DNA from: Heterodontus francisci
Taxonomy: Eukaryota
Direction: 5' to 3'
Length of the DNA: 64,000 nt
NCBI RefSeq assembly: GCF_036365525.1
Contig: NC_090372.1
Span: 50,149,680 to 50,213,679, forward strand
Each line of letters opens with the position of its first letter. Positions within the stretch are counted from its first letter, which is position 1. Below, piece after piece: positions 13,764-25,837 of this stretch. The translations under genes and the position numbers were made by a program. A model generated the notes under the pieces. The model made no database searches and was not told where the DNA came from. It worked only from the letters and a program-made list of their open reading frames with translations.

Positions 13764-14730
13764 GATGGGAGCAGAGAGGTCAATTCCCAGAGACTGGCCA
13801 TGGAGACCTGACAGCAGTGCTGCAAGAAGTTCAATGACCTCACATGGGTTGTCAAGGTCAGTGAGTGCATCTACACATGACATTTCCTACCCACTGCACC
13901 ACCAACCTCACAAGCTGCTCTATATACCACATGCCCATCAGCAATCAGAACTCATTCTGAACATTCAGAGACTCCACCTCACCCTCATCCACTTCTCACT
14001 GCTTCCAAATTCTTCCAGCTATTCAGTTATGACAGACACATCACTCAAACACTGCAACACAATCACTGACATTCTTCCCTCTCCCTTTCAGGACAAGGTG
14101 GGCCATAACAAGAAGGAACAGAGCAGAACGGGAGGGGAAATAGGCATGCTTGCATCACCTGAGCCTTCTGCTGGAGACAGTGCTCTGCATCATGGGGATG
14201 GCGGTGACAGAGCCCGTTGCATCCAGCGTTGTCGAGAACATTCAGGGTGATGGTATGTTACTGCATTATACTCTTCCAAAATTCCACCTCACATCCTGCT
14301 ATCTGGCATGAAGTGAAAGCTGCAGGTGGTGTAACCATGGACCTCTTGCTTTCCACCCCACATACCTTCCTTCACCCCAACCTTTCCCTCCTGCAATTAT
14401 GCTTTCAGATACCCAAGAACTGCTGTCTGGCCAGCCACTGGAGCCTCATGAGGAAGGGTGAGGGCTGCTGCAGATCTCTGAGGAAGAAGCCCCATCACTT
14501 GATTTGACAAACGCAGCCACCAGCTCAGTTATTGCCACTGCGTGTACCTTGGAGGGTAGAAGAGTCAGGATCTGTATGTGGTGAATCACTGGGCACGAGT
14601 CAGCTGCAGACAGGCTAGGGGATAGGACAGTTTGTTTGCTAGCTCTCTGGAGGTCAAGGTTCTGCTGCAGGGGAGACAGATGAGGAGGTATACAGGAGAA
14701 CGCTGATGAGCATACACACTAAGATTTGCA

Positions 14731-15163
14731 AAGACTTGCATTTATTTAGCGCCTTTCATGACCACAGGACATCCAAAAGTGCTTTACAGCCAATGAAGTG
14801 TAGTCATTGTTAAAATGTAGGAAACACCAATTTGCAAGCTTCCACAAACAGCAATGTGATAATGACCAGATAATCTGTTTTTTGGGATGTTGATTGAGGG
14901 ATAAATATGGGCCACAATAGCAAGGATAACTCCCCTGCTCTTCTTCAAAATAGCGTCATGGGAACTTTTACATCCACCGAGAAGGCAGACAGGGCCTCAG
15001 TTTAATGTATCATCTAAAAGACAGCACCTCTGACAATGCATCACTCCCTCAATGCTGCACTGGAGTGTCAGTCTTCATTATTGTGCTCAAGTCCTGGAGT
15101 GGACTAGAACCCACAACCTTGTGACTTAGAGGTGAGTTTGCTACCAACTGAGCCACAGCTGAC
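14731..15163 (-). mobile_element. Deu-domain tRNA SINE (SacSINE1-like)
   Basis: Minus-strand tRNA head (TGGCTCAGTTGG ... GGTTCTAGTCC), central Deu-like domain and a TAAATAAATGCAAGTCTTT tail. Family name from recollection. Confidence 0.75.
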
Positions 15164-15189
15164 ATGTCTAATGACCCTCCTTCTCTCTG

Positions 15190-15530
15190 GTTAGAGAGAA
15201 GATGATCGAGTCGCCTCTCCTGGCATGCAGGGTCTCTTTCACCTCTTGGATGCAACGACGGACAGCAAACTTGGAAATGTTGGTGATGTCACCTGCTCCC
15301 ATCTGGAAGGATCAGGTCACGGAGAAGTTGAGTGACAATGACCTTGATGGCCACTGAGAGTGCAGTCCTTGTCCCGCTGTGAGGCTGTTGAAAGAGGTGG
15401 TACAGTTCTGTGACCACTTCCTTGATGATTCGCAGGCACCTCAAGCATTGCTCTTGCCCGAGGTGAAGGTAAGACGAGTGCTCCCCAAAGATCTTTGCTG
15501 GGTATGGTCTTCTGTGGGACGCCCTCCCCC
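15190..15530 (-). pseudogene. Harbinger (HARBI1-like) transposase N-terminal fragment
   Basis: Manual translation: RRPYPAKIFGEHSSYLHLGQEQCLRCLRIIKEVVTELYHLFQ...RTALSVAIKV, then after a frameshift SFQMGAGDITNISKFAVRRCIQEVKETLHARR. Confidence 0.72.
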
Positions 15531-16319
15531 TTCTCCCTTCTGTGCACAGCTTCCCCTCTCTGCAGCCTCCATTCCCCTGTCATGTTGCAGACCCAGAGGA
15601 ACTGCAACTATGGCCCTCATTACTGCAGAAGCCTTTCTGTGGACAGGTCACAAAACTCCTCTCACCTCCCTATCAGGGCACAGAAACACACCTTTCCAAA
15701 TCCAGCAAGTCACCAGAACTCCTTCAAAAAGACAACAAAATACTTCCACAAACTTTGCCAGAGCAATAGTAAGTCAAAAGCACCTCATCTGGAAGGATGG
15801 TTGGCCTTTTAAATAATGCTAATTGGGTTTCCCTCTTGCAGATTGTGATGTTCTTGGGAGTAAACAGTAATATTCAGTCAGAGTTAGTAAGACAAAGAAC
15901 TGCTGCATGCTGTTTAAACATGGATTCCTTTCATTCTCTTACAGACACTCTCTGCTGGTATATGTGTGTATGGTGGCCTTAAGTGGACAAAATGCACAAT
16001 GCAATTTACAAAACACAACACAGCTGAATGCACGTTTAGCTGTGAGTGATTCAATGAGGGTATTCACTGGACCTGTGCGATTTAAGTTTTCAGAGCGTGT
16101 GTCAAATCAGCCTGATAGGCTGGTTGTATGCCATCATGATTTTCGCACTGTGAAAACTTCCAATGTACGCACGGCACACCAGCGCTAGCTCCCTTCCCAG
16201 TATGGAGCGTGGCGCAGGCCGCACCTTAACTAGGCAAAGCTCTGCATTCGCCATTTCGAGTTCCTGTGGCTTCCGCAGCACCACCTCCAGCAGTGCAATG
16301 AAGCCAAATTTTGTAGCCA

Positions 16320-16700
16320 TAGTTCATAAAAAAAAGTAGTCAAAGGAAGGGTGAGGTCAATTAGGGATCACAAAGGATATCTTCTCATGAAGGAAGTGGA
16401 CATGGATGAGCTACTAAATGAGTCCTTTGCATAGGTCTTCACTGAAGAAGGGGCTGCTGACAATGTCACAGTGAAGAAGGAGGTAGTGGAGAAATTTGAT
16501 GCAACAAAAACAGATAAAGAGGATGTGCTTAAAAGATTGACAGAACTCAAAGCAGCAAAGTCACCTGGTCTGGATGGGATGCATCATATAGCTGGTGAAG
16601 AAAGTAAGGGCAGAAATTGCGAAGGCTCTGGCCACAATCTTCCAATCCTCCTTAGGTATGGGAAAGGTACCAGAGGTCTGGAGGATTGCAAATGTTACAC
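16320..16700 (+). mobile_element. CR1 LINE fragment
   Basis: KSPGLDGMH and VPEVWRIANVT motifs. Continues the CR1 piece at about 12075-12316. Confidence 0.82.
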
Positions 16701-18557
16701 TTCTTTGGTCTCCTTGTCTCGGGAGACAATGGGTAAGCACCTGGAGGTGGTCAGTGGTTTGTGGAACAGCGCCTATAAAGGCCAATACTAGAGTGACAGA
16801 CTCTTCCACAGGTGCTGCAGGTAAAATTGGTTGTCAGGGCTGTTTCGCAGTTGGCTCTTCCCCTTGCGCTTCTGTCTTTTTTCCTGCCAACTGCTAAGTC
16901 TCTTCGACTCGCCACACTTTAGCCCCACCTTTATGGCTGCCCGCCAGCTCTGGCGATCGCTGGCAACTGACTCCCACGACTTGTGATCAATGTCACAGGA
17001 CTTCATGTCGCGTTTGCAGACGTCTTTAAAGTGGAGCCATGGACGGCAGGTGGGTCTGATACCAGTGGCGAGCTCGCTGTACAATGTGTCCTTGGGGATC
17101 CTGCCATCTTCCATGCGGCTCACATGGCCAGGCCATCTCAAGCGCCGCTGACTCAGTAGGGTGTATAAGCTGGGGATGTTGGCCGCCTTGAGGACTTCTG
17201 TGTTGGAGATACGGTCCTGCCACCTGATGCCAAGGATTCTCCAGAGGCAGCGAAGATGGAATGAATTCAGACGTCGCTCTTGGTTGACATACGTTGTCCA
17301 GGCCTCGCTGCCGTAGAGCAAGGTACTGAGGACACAGGCTTGATACACGCGGACTTTTGTGTTCCGTGTCAGTGCGCCATTTTCCCACACTCTCTTGGCC
17401 AGTCTGGACATAGCGGTGGAAGCCTTTCCCATGCGCTTGTTGATTTCTGCATCGAGAGACAGGTTACTGGTGATAGTTGAGCCTAGGTAGGTGAACTCTT
17501 GAACCACTTCCATAGCGTGGTCGCCGATATTGATAGATGGAGCATTTCTGATGTCCTGTCCCATGATGCTCATTTTCTTGAGGGTGATGGTTAGGCCAAA
17601 TTCGTTGCAGGCAGCCGCAAACCTGTCGATGAGAGTCTGCAGGCACTCTTCAGTGTGAGATGTTAAAGCAGCATCGTCAGCAAAGAGGAGTTCCCTGATG
17701 AGGACTTTCCGTACTTTGGACTTTGCTCTTAGACGGGCAAGGTTGAACAACCTGCCCCCTGATCTTGTGTGGAGGAAAATTCCTTCTTCTGAAGACTTGA
17801 ACGCATGCAAGAGCAGCAGGGAGAAAAAAATCCCAAAAAGTGTGGGTGCGAGAACACAGCCCTGTTTCACGCCACTTAGGATAGGAAAGGGGTCTGATGA
17901 GGTGCCGTTATGTTGAATTGTGCCTTTCATATTGTCATGGAATGAGGTGATGATACTTAGTAGCTTTGCCTCAAACCGGGCAGCCCCCGGTCAATAAGGT
18001 TCTGTCCCGCCACAGTCCACCTGCTTCAATGGGTGCTTGGAGCTCAGGGTCATTGCCCGAAAAGTGGACTGCAACACCGCACCAAACAACATGAAAAAAG
18101 GAAAGAAGGTACCAGCCTTCGCTTTGCAAGCTGGAACGTCAGAACTATGTGTCCTGGCCTGTCGGAAGACCTTACACAAATCAACGATTCTCGGAACACC
18201 GCCATCATTAACAACGAGCTCAGTAGACTCAATGTAGACATTGCAGCACTTCAGGAGACACGCCTCCCCACGAGTGGATCTCTAGCAGAGCAAGACTACA
18301 CCTTCTTCTGGCAGCGCAGGGATCCTGAAGAACCAAGACAGCATGGAGTGGGCTTCACCATCAGAAACTCCTTGCTCAGCATGATAGAGCCTCCCTCAAA
18401 TGGCTCGGAACGCATACTGTCCATCCGACTGCTCACCGCCTCTGGTCCAGTACACCTACTCAGCATCTATGCTCCAACACTCTGCTCCCCACCTGAAGTT
18501 AAAGACCACTTCTACGAGGAACTCCATAATATCATTAGTAGCATCCCTAACACCGAC
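16701..18557 (-). mobile_element. Young RTE LINE with an inverted 5' segment
   Basis: Uninterrupted 380-aa minus-strand RT C-terminal ORF (17930-16788, LLFADD) with its 3' end at 16701. Joined at about 17968 to a plus-strand 5'UTR/endonuclease segment (ORF 18033-18572) of the same family. Confidence 0.92.
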
Positions 18558-21540
18558 TTGTTATCACTCTAATGGCAACCACACACCACAAGCATGCCAA
18601 TACAGAAATGCCAAGTGCTTAATTGCCAAAAGATAACCCATGTTGCAACTGCTTGCCAAGCAAAGGCCAAAGCAGGAAAGAGAACTCTTTCTATTAGTAA
18701 TAGAAATCAGCAGCATAATAAGGGTGGGGTTCACAATCTTATAGTGAATCCAGAGTGTCTAAATGAAGAGCAGCTACGGCGTAAAGCATTTATGCCACCA
18801 ACAATTACTCAAATGACAAAGACTTTTCTATACAGGTGTTGCTAAATCAACAGTACATCAACAGACACATCAATATGGCTACAGATTGCTCCATTATGAG
18901 CAGACACATGCATGAGAGAAAATTCAGTGATGTACCTCTAACAGAGAGCACAGTTCAGTTGAAAACCTACCCTGGTGAGGTGTTAGAAATATGTGGACAA
19001 ATGGAGTGCAATGTCCAATATAAGTGCAAGTCCCTCAAGTTACCCATTGTTGTAGCGAGACATGTCAACAAATCAATGCTGATGGGCAAAGACTGGCTTC
19101 ATAAGCTGAAGTTAGATTGGAAGCATGTTTTCCAAGTTGAGATGATCAAGAAGCTTGATCAGCTATTAAATAGTTGCAGGAACATTTTTGAGGACCGCTA
19201 CGAAGGTATAGTCGGTTTGAAAGCGCACATTTGAATTAGGCCTGATGCAAAACCAATATATTGCAAGGCTAGGACAGTTCCTTATGCTCTCAAAACCTAG
19301 GTTGAAGAGGAACTAAAGAAGTTAGAGAGAATTGGCGTGCTAGTGAAAACTGACCACAGTTAGTGGGCAAACACAATCGAAGTAATGCCCAAATTAGACA
19401 AAACCGTGAGGTTATGGGGGGAATAAAAAGTCACAATCAATCAGGCAGTGGATGAGCAGTATCCACTACCCACTTCACAAGATTTGTATGTAGAGTTAGT
19501 GGGATCCAAGCTATCCATAGAGTTGGATTTGTCCCATGCTTCTGCACAGCTCAATGTGGATCGAGAAAGTCAGCAATATCTCACAATAAACACACATATG
19601 AGGTTATACTCCTACACGAACCTGCATGATGGTGTGAAGTCTTCTCCAAAAATCTTCCAAGCTACAATAAATAAGATTTTGCAAGGAAAGCCACTGCTTG
19701 TGTGATCAAGATGATGTGCTGATCATGACTGCAACAGAGGTAGAGAATCTTCAAGTGTTGGATGAAGTGTTAAAAAGGCTCAATGATCACAATGTGAAGT
19801 TGAAAACGAGCAAATGTGTTTTCGTGCAATCTGAGGTAATGTACCTTGGCCTGAAAATCAATGAGAAAGGACTACAGCTAGTGAAAGAGAAGATAGAGGC
19901 AATAGTCAATGCCCCAAAGCCAAAAGATGTGTCTGAGCTTAGATCCTTTCTAGACATGGTCCAATGCTACTAGCGATTTTTGCTTGAGTTGCAACAGTGT
20001 TCTTTCCACGACATGAGTTGTTGAAGATGTGAAATGGGAATAGTTTAAAGCACAAGATGCTTATGATGCTTAAAAAAGAAGCTTGACCAGTGATGCACTC
20101 CTTGTTCATTACAACACAAATCATGACTTGAAGCAAGCATGTGATGCTTCAAATTATGGAGTTGGAGCAGTGATCAGTGTCATGGATAATGGTCAAGAGA
20201 AGTCTATAGCATTCGCGTCACATACCCTGGGCAGGAGTGAACACAGCTACGTGCAAATAGAAAAGAAAGCACTTTGAAAACATCTTCAGAATCAAAAGAT
20301 TTCACCAGTTTTTGTTGGGTAAAAACTTGACGCCAGTTACAGATCATAAACTCCTAATGGCTAATCTGGGTCCAAAGTCTGCAATACCAGCAAAGGCAGC
20401 GTCAAGGATGCAGAGGTGGGCTGTACTTCTCCCATAGTAGGACTACAACTTAGAATATTTTAGGTCAAAGGAGAATGCTATAGCTGATGCACTGTCATGT
20501 TTACCCCATGAAGGCTCAAATGAAGGCGATGAAGGTGCAATCTTTACAAATAGGAGTGTGGATGAGAACTTTCCAATCACTGCAGCTGAAAAACAGAAAG
20601 ATCCAGTTTTAAAAAGTGTCTACGAACAAACTTTGAATGTTTGGACAAAGTTTGACCAGTGTACAGAAACCTTTCCACAATTGACGTAACAAGTTGTCTT
20701 GTGAACAGGGATGCATTAAGTGGGGTCACAGAGTGGTAGTACCTAGTTCTTTAAGAGAAAAGTTCTGGCAGAAGTTCATACTAAACATATGGGTATAGTT
20801 AGCATGAAATCCATAACCAGAAGTTTTTTTATTTGAAATACACAGCAGGTCTGGCCGCATTCGTGGAGAGACCTGAAATGTTAACTCTGTTTCTCTCTCC
20901 ACAGATGCTGCCAGATTGTTGTGTATTTCCAGCACTTTCTGTTTTTATTTCAAATTTCCACATCCACAGTATTTTGCTTTTAGTTTTGTTTATTGGCCTG
21001 GTCTAGATGGTGATCTAGGATCATGGGTTAGAAAATGTACCAGTTGTCAAAATTGGAGAAATGAGCTGCCTAAAAACACACTTGTAATCATGGTCGTGGT
21101 TGCCGCACCATTTCAAAGAATCCATGTGGATCACATGATTCCGGCAAGGGATGAACCAAAACATGAGTATGATCCATTTGATCATGAGCTCATGTCAGAG
21201 TTTGAACCAGTTTTAGAAAAAGAAACATGATGGTCTGTAAGTTCTGAACTGAAACCTGACAATCCAAAGCCTGTGAGAAGATCAGGAAGACTTTGTAACC
21301 CAGTGTTAGACTTGATTTATAGATAACGTTTAAAGAAAAAGAGTCAGTTGTTATTTTACCAAGTGTGCATCTTCTCAAAGATTTCTTTGTTTTTGAAGTT
21401 GTACAGTGTACCTGTAAATAGCTTATTATTTCTTTAAAAGAGGGAAGCTATGTAATGTAGTCCTATGTTTCTGAGCATGCCCAGTGCAGGATGATGTCAT
21501 TAAACCTGGCCATCTTGGTGTCTGTTTTTCATTAGAAATT
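18558..21540 (+). mobile_element. Decayed Ty3/Gypsy LTR retrotransposon (gag knuckle, protease, RT, RNase H, part of integrase)
   Basis: Zn-knuckle remnants at 18560-18660, YPLPT...LDLSHASAQL, QDDVLI, PKDVSELRSFL, CDASNYGVGAVI, YVQIEKKAL, PFQRIHVD. A purine tract followed by TGTAAT at about 21436-21456 suggests PPT and 3' LTR start. Many stops. Confidence 0.88.
20834..20981. mobile_element. Short fold-back Penelope-derived terminal fragment inside the Gypsy integrase
   Basis: Same CAGCAGGTCTGG / CCAGA..GTATTTCCAGCA sequence as the Penelope ends at 23592 and 25025, present in both orientations. Confidence 0.7.
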
Positions 21541-22805
21541 CCTCCCAAAATATAACCCAACCCAAGGGCCATTGTTTAGAACTTTTCAGAAAACGTCCCA
21601 CCCCACATTTAAAACATCCGTTGAACACCACTGGATTGACAATTCAGTATGAAGCAGTTTGAAGCAGCTAATAAAATTAAGGGAGCTCCAGCATGAAAAG
21701 TTAGGTACAGTGCAAAAATAGCCTACCAATTCTCTATAAGCATATTTCATGCTATTGGTGTTGACCAATTTCATCCTCTCGTGTCTGGATCCTAATTGTG
21801 AAAAAATGGTCACTGAATCCCAAACTGTGACAACTGTTTTATTTATATAAAGCCATCAGTTGGTTTAGAGATTGAGTCTGATTGTGTACCTATTCAGAGT
21901 GCCTTTCAAAGTCATGAGAATTATGTGATACATTCCAGAGTTTGTTTACAGAGTAAAGTCACAAGGATTTTAATTAGAAAGTGCGGGGAGGGCACAGGTA
22001 AAAAGGGTAGTAAAGATAATAGCTTGAAAACAAACAAAAGGGAAGAGAGTCGAGTAACCATCAGAAATTATGCTTTAGGCACCATAAGTAAAGGGAAAAC
22101 TAAAAGGTGTAAACAAAATTAAATCAGGAGAGGGAAATAAGAAATGTGTCAGTTAAACACTAGAACAGAAGTACAGGTTATGATGTGTGGCCCAACTGAG
22201 CATTCTTTATGAAAGCATGGAGTATAAGGAACAAACTGAAAGAATTGCAGGTACAAATTCAGCTTGGAGGGTATGACATGGTAGTCACTGCGGAGACAGT
22301 CAGGACTGGAAACTAAATTTACGAGGTATAAGGTCTACAGGAAAGATAGGGAAAATGGTAGAGGGGGAGAGTAGTTTTAGTGATTAAGATGGAATCACTT
22401 AAATGGTAAGAGAGGATGTAACGAAAGATAAGCGGGCAGTAGAAACTTTATAGGTAGAATTAAGAAATAGAAAAGGATTTAAGACTAGTGGGAGTTGTAT
22501 ACAGGCCTCTGGGAGCAACTGTGAAGTAGTAGATTGTATAAATGCAGTGATTAGACAAGCATGTAGCAAAGGTTGCATGGTCTTAATGGGGGAATTTAAC
22601 TTTCATATAGATTGGGACAAGCAGACTATCACAGTAGAGAAGAAATTATTGACCTGGTCAGGAGATCGGCTAAGTGGCAAGAGACAGGGAGTAGGGTTAA
22701 TGGGCAGGGACTCTAATGGTAGGATGTAACTTGTGGTGCCTCACAGGGATTTGTCTTGGGGCCTCAACTATTCACAGTATTTGCTGATGACATGGATGAC
22801 ACAAT

Positions 22806-23119
22806 GGGCGGCACAGTGGTGCAGTGGTTAGCACCGCAGCCTCACAGCTCCAGGGAGCCGGGTTCAATTCTGGGTACTGCCTGTGTGGAGTTTGCAAGTT
22901 CTCCCTGTGACCGTGTGGGTTTTTGCCGGGTGCTCCGGTTTCCTCCCACTGCCAAAGACTTGCAGGTGATTGGTAAATTGGCCATTGTGAATTGCCCCTA
23001 GTGTAGGTAGGTGGTAGGGAATATGGGATTACTGTAGGGTTAGTATAAATGGGTGGTTCTTAGTCGGCACAGACTCGGTGGGCCGAAGGGCCTGTTTCAG
23101 TGCTGTATCTCTATAAAAA
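22806..23119 (+). mobile_element. V-SINE (HE1-like)
   Basis: Third close copy of the SINE at 6873. Confidence 0.9.
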
Positions 23120-23654
23120 AAATAGAAAGCCACTTGTCCAAGTTTGTTGAAGACACAAAAATGGGTGGCATTGTAAGCAATGTAGATGGAAGCATAAAAT
23201 TACAAAGAGATAATAGAAGATTAAATGAATGGTCAAAAATGGATTTCAATAAAGGGAAATGTGAGTCATCCACTTTGGACCTAAAAAGGATAGAACAAGG
23301 TGAAAAGGTTCAAAAGAATTTGGGGGTCCAAATACATAGATCATTAAAATGTCATGAACAGATACAGAAAATAATCAAAAAGCAAATGGAATGCTGGCCT
23401 TTATACCTAGAGAATTAGAATACAAGGGGGTAGAAGTCACGCTTCAGCTATTCAAAGGCATGGTTAGGCCACACCTGGAGTACTGTGTGCAGCTCTGGGC
23501 ACCACACCTTAGGAAGAATATATTGGCCTTGGTTGGAGTGTAGCATAGATTTACCAGAATTATACCTGGATTCCAAGGGTTAAATTATGAGATAAAAACA
23601 AGAAATGCTGAAAATACTCAGCAGGTCTGGCAGCATCTGTGGAGAGAGAAGCAG

Positions 23655-23691
23655 AGTTAGTGTTTCAGGTCAGTGACCCTTCTTCAGAACT
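23655..23691 (-). ncRNA. Minimal hammerhead ribozyme motif (stem III mutated) in the inverted Penelope end
   Basis: Reverse complement reads AGTT-CTGAAGA-AGGGTCACTGACCT-GAAAC-ACT-AACT. Confidence 0.55.
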
Positions 23692-24886
23692 GGCAAATAT
23701 TAGAAATGTGAAAGGTTATAAGCAAGTAAAGTGGGGGTGGGGCAAGGGATAGATAGCAAAGGAGCTGGTGTAGATAGGACAAGGTCACAGAATAGCTGAC
23801 CAGAAGGTCGTGGAGCAAAGGCAAACAATATGTTAATGGTGTGTTGAAAGACAAAGCATTAGTACAGATAGGGTGTTAACGGACTGAAAATTGAACAGCC
23901 GCAAGTACAAACATGAAAAAACAGTGGGTAAGCAAACTGAACAAACTAAGATGAAATAAAATAAACACACAAAAAAATATTTAAAAAGAAAAATAAACGA
24001 AAATCTAAAGAGCAAGATGGGGGGCCCGTCATGCTCTGAAATTATTGAACTCAATGTTCAGTCTAACAGGCTGTAGTGTGCCTAATCAGTAAATGAGATG
24101 CTGTTCCTCGAGTTTGCGTTGATGTTCACTGGAACACTGCAGCAATCTCAGGACAGAGATGTGAGCATGAGAGCACGGGGGAGTGTTGAAATGGCAAGCA
24201 ACCGGAAGCTCGGGGTCCTGCTTGCGGACTGAGCGGAGGTGTTACGCAAATCGGTCACCCAGTCTGTGTTTGGTCTCCCCAAGACATATCAGAAGCTCTG
24301 TCATGGAAGGTAGCATCATCAGAGCAGATGCGTCGGAGACAGAGAAACTGGGAGAATGGAATGGAGTCCTTACAGGAGGCAGGGTGTGAAGAAGTGTAGT
24401 CGAGGTAGCTTTGGGAGTCTGATATATCTTCCTTTTTCCTCAACCGAGGATTCCCTCCCACTGTAGTTGACAGGGCCCTCAACCATGTCCGGCCCATTTC
24501 CCGCACCTCTACCCTCACCCCTTCCCCTCCCTCCCAGAACCGTGACAGGGTTCTCCTTGTCCTCACTTTCCACCCCATCAGCCTCCATATCCAAAGGATC
24601 ATCCTCTGCCATTTCTACCACCTCCAGCGTGATGTCACTACCAAATTCATCTTCCCCTCCCTTCCCCTGTCAGCATTCCGAAGGGACCGTTCCCTCCGTG
24701 ACACCCTGGTCCACTCCTCCATTACCCCCATCACCTTGTCCCCTTCCCATGGCACCTTCCCCTGCAATCGCAGGCGGTTTAATACCTGCCCATTTACTTC
24801 CTCTCTCCTCACAATCCCAGGCTCCAAACACTCCTTTCAGGTGAAGCTTTACTTGCTTATAACCTTTCACATTTCTAATATTTACC

Positions 24887-24923
24887 AGTTCTGAAGAAGG
24901 GTCACTAACCTGAAACGTTAACT
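24887..24923 (+). ncRNA. Minimal type I hammerhead ribozyme motif in the Penelope terminal repeat
   Basis: AGTT-CTGAAGA-AGGGTCACTAACCT-GAAAC-GTT-AACT: stem I AGUU/AACU, core CUGANGA...GAAA, short stem II, palindromic AACGUU in place of stem III, GUU cleavage triplet. Confidence 0.72.
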
Positions 24924-25837
24924 CTGCTTCTCTCTGCACAGATACTGCCAGACCTGCTGAATATTTCCAGCATTTCTTGTTTTTACTTCAGATTTCCAGC
25001 ATTTGCAGTATTTTATTTTTATTTTAGGGTTAAATTATGAGGATAGATTAGACAAATTAGGGTTCTATTCGCTGGAATTGAGAAGGTTAAAGTTTGATAC
25101 GATCCATGTTTTCACAATAATGTGAATTGATGGGGTATATAGAGAGAAATTATTTCTGTTTGTTGAAGAGTCTAGGACTAGGGGGCATAATCTAAAAATC
25201 AGAGCCAGACCTTTCAGGAGTGAAATTAGGAATCATTTCTACATGTAAGGGGTGTCAGTAGTTTGTAATTCTCTTCCACAAATGACATTTGATGCTAGAT
25301 CAATTGTAAATTTTAAATCTGAGATTGATAGATTTTTGGTATCCAAAGTTACTAAGGGATATGGGGCATAGGTGAATATATGGAACTATTTCGCAGATCA
25401 GCCAATATCTCACTGAATGGAGGAACAGGCTTAAGGCCTACTCCCATTCTTAAGTTTCTATGTTGCCATCATTTATGAAATATTAGGCTATAAAGGGTAC
25501 ATGTGATCGTCGGGGACAATTGATGCGGAAAATTTAAAAAAATCTAGTATAATCACACAAAATTATAATGGGATTCAATATTGAAGAACCATACATAAGA
25601 TTTGGTTCAATAATTTTGGACAAATGAGTACAAGAAGCTTTCATATATAACCTCAAAACAACAAAATTAGGCAGTGTTGTAAAAAGTCAACTTTCAGCTT
25701 GGTAATATGCAACAAGTAGATGACCTAATGCAAATGTGTAAGACAGGAAACAAGATATTCTGTAATACAATCAATAAAAGTAACATCCCAGGGATTTGTA
25801 TTAGTTAACTAACAACTTGCTAGTACATACACCAATC

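Larger units (their letters stand above)
12466..14252 (+). pseudogene. Harbinger-type Myb/SANT-like DNA-binding gene remnant, spliced and interrupted
   Basis: First exon split by a MITE plus LTR, with a donor after VK at 13856. Next exon 14092-14252 (DKVGHNKKEQSRTGG) is bounded by AG and GT. Frameshifted. Confidence 0.65.
12317..16318. mobile_element. Decayed PIF/Harbinger transposon with convergent Myb/SANT and transposase remnants, inserted in a CR1
   Basis: + strand Myb/SANT-like remnant (RERGPRFSNEMLEALVQEVERRR ... CKKFNDLT) and - strand HARBI1-type transposase remnant at about 15190-15530. Right end reads AAATTTTGTAGCC. CR1 sequence flanks both sides. Left boundary uncertain. Confidence 0.72.
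23592..25025. mobile_element. Penelope-like element with inverted terminal repeats and a 16-bp TSD
   Basis: AGGGTTAAATTATGAG is duplicated at 23576-23591 and 25026-25041. About 140-bp ends are mutually inverted. Coding remnants YLDYTSSHPASCKDSIPFSQFLCLRRICS (- strand) and AFRRDRSLRDTLVHS...FPCNRRR (+ strand) are typical of the Penelope RT thumb and GIY-YIG linker. Confidence 0.9.
21960..25465 (+). mobile_element. Old, internally deleted CR1 LINE hosting a SINE and a Penelope element
   Basis: LMGEFNFHIDW, GPQLFTVFADDMD, CACCTGGAGTACTGTGTGCAG and a CR1-type 3' end near 25460. Confidence 0.8.

Noticed and set aside
18558-21540. Possible intact or domesticated Gypsy gene
   Set aside because: Many stops and frameshifts, degenerate catalytic motifs and a truncated integrase.
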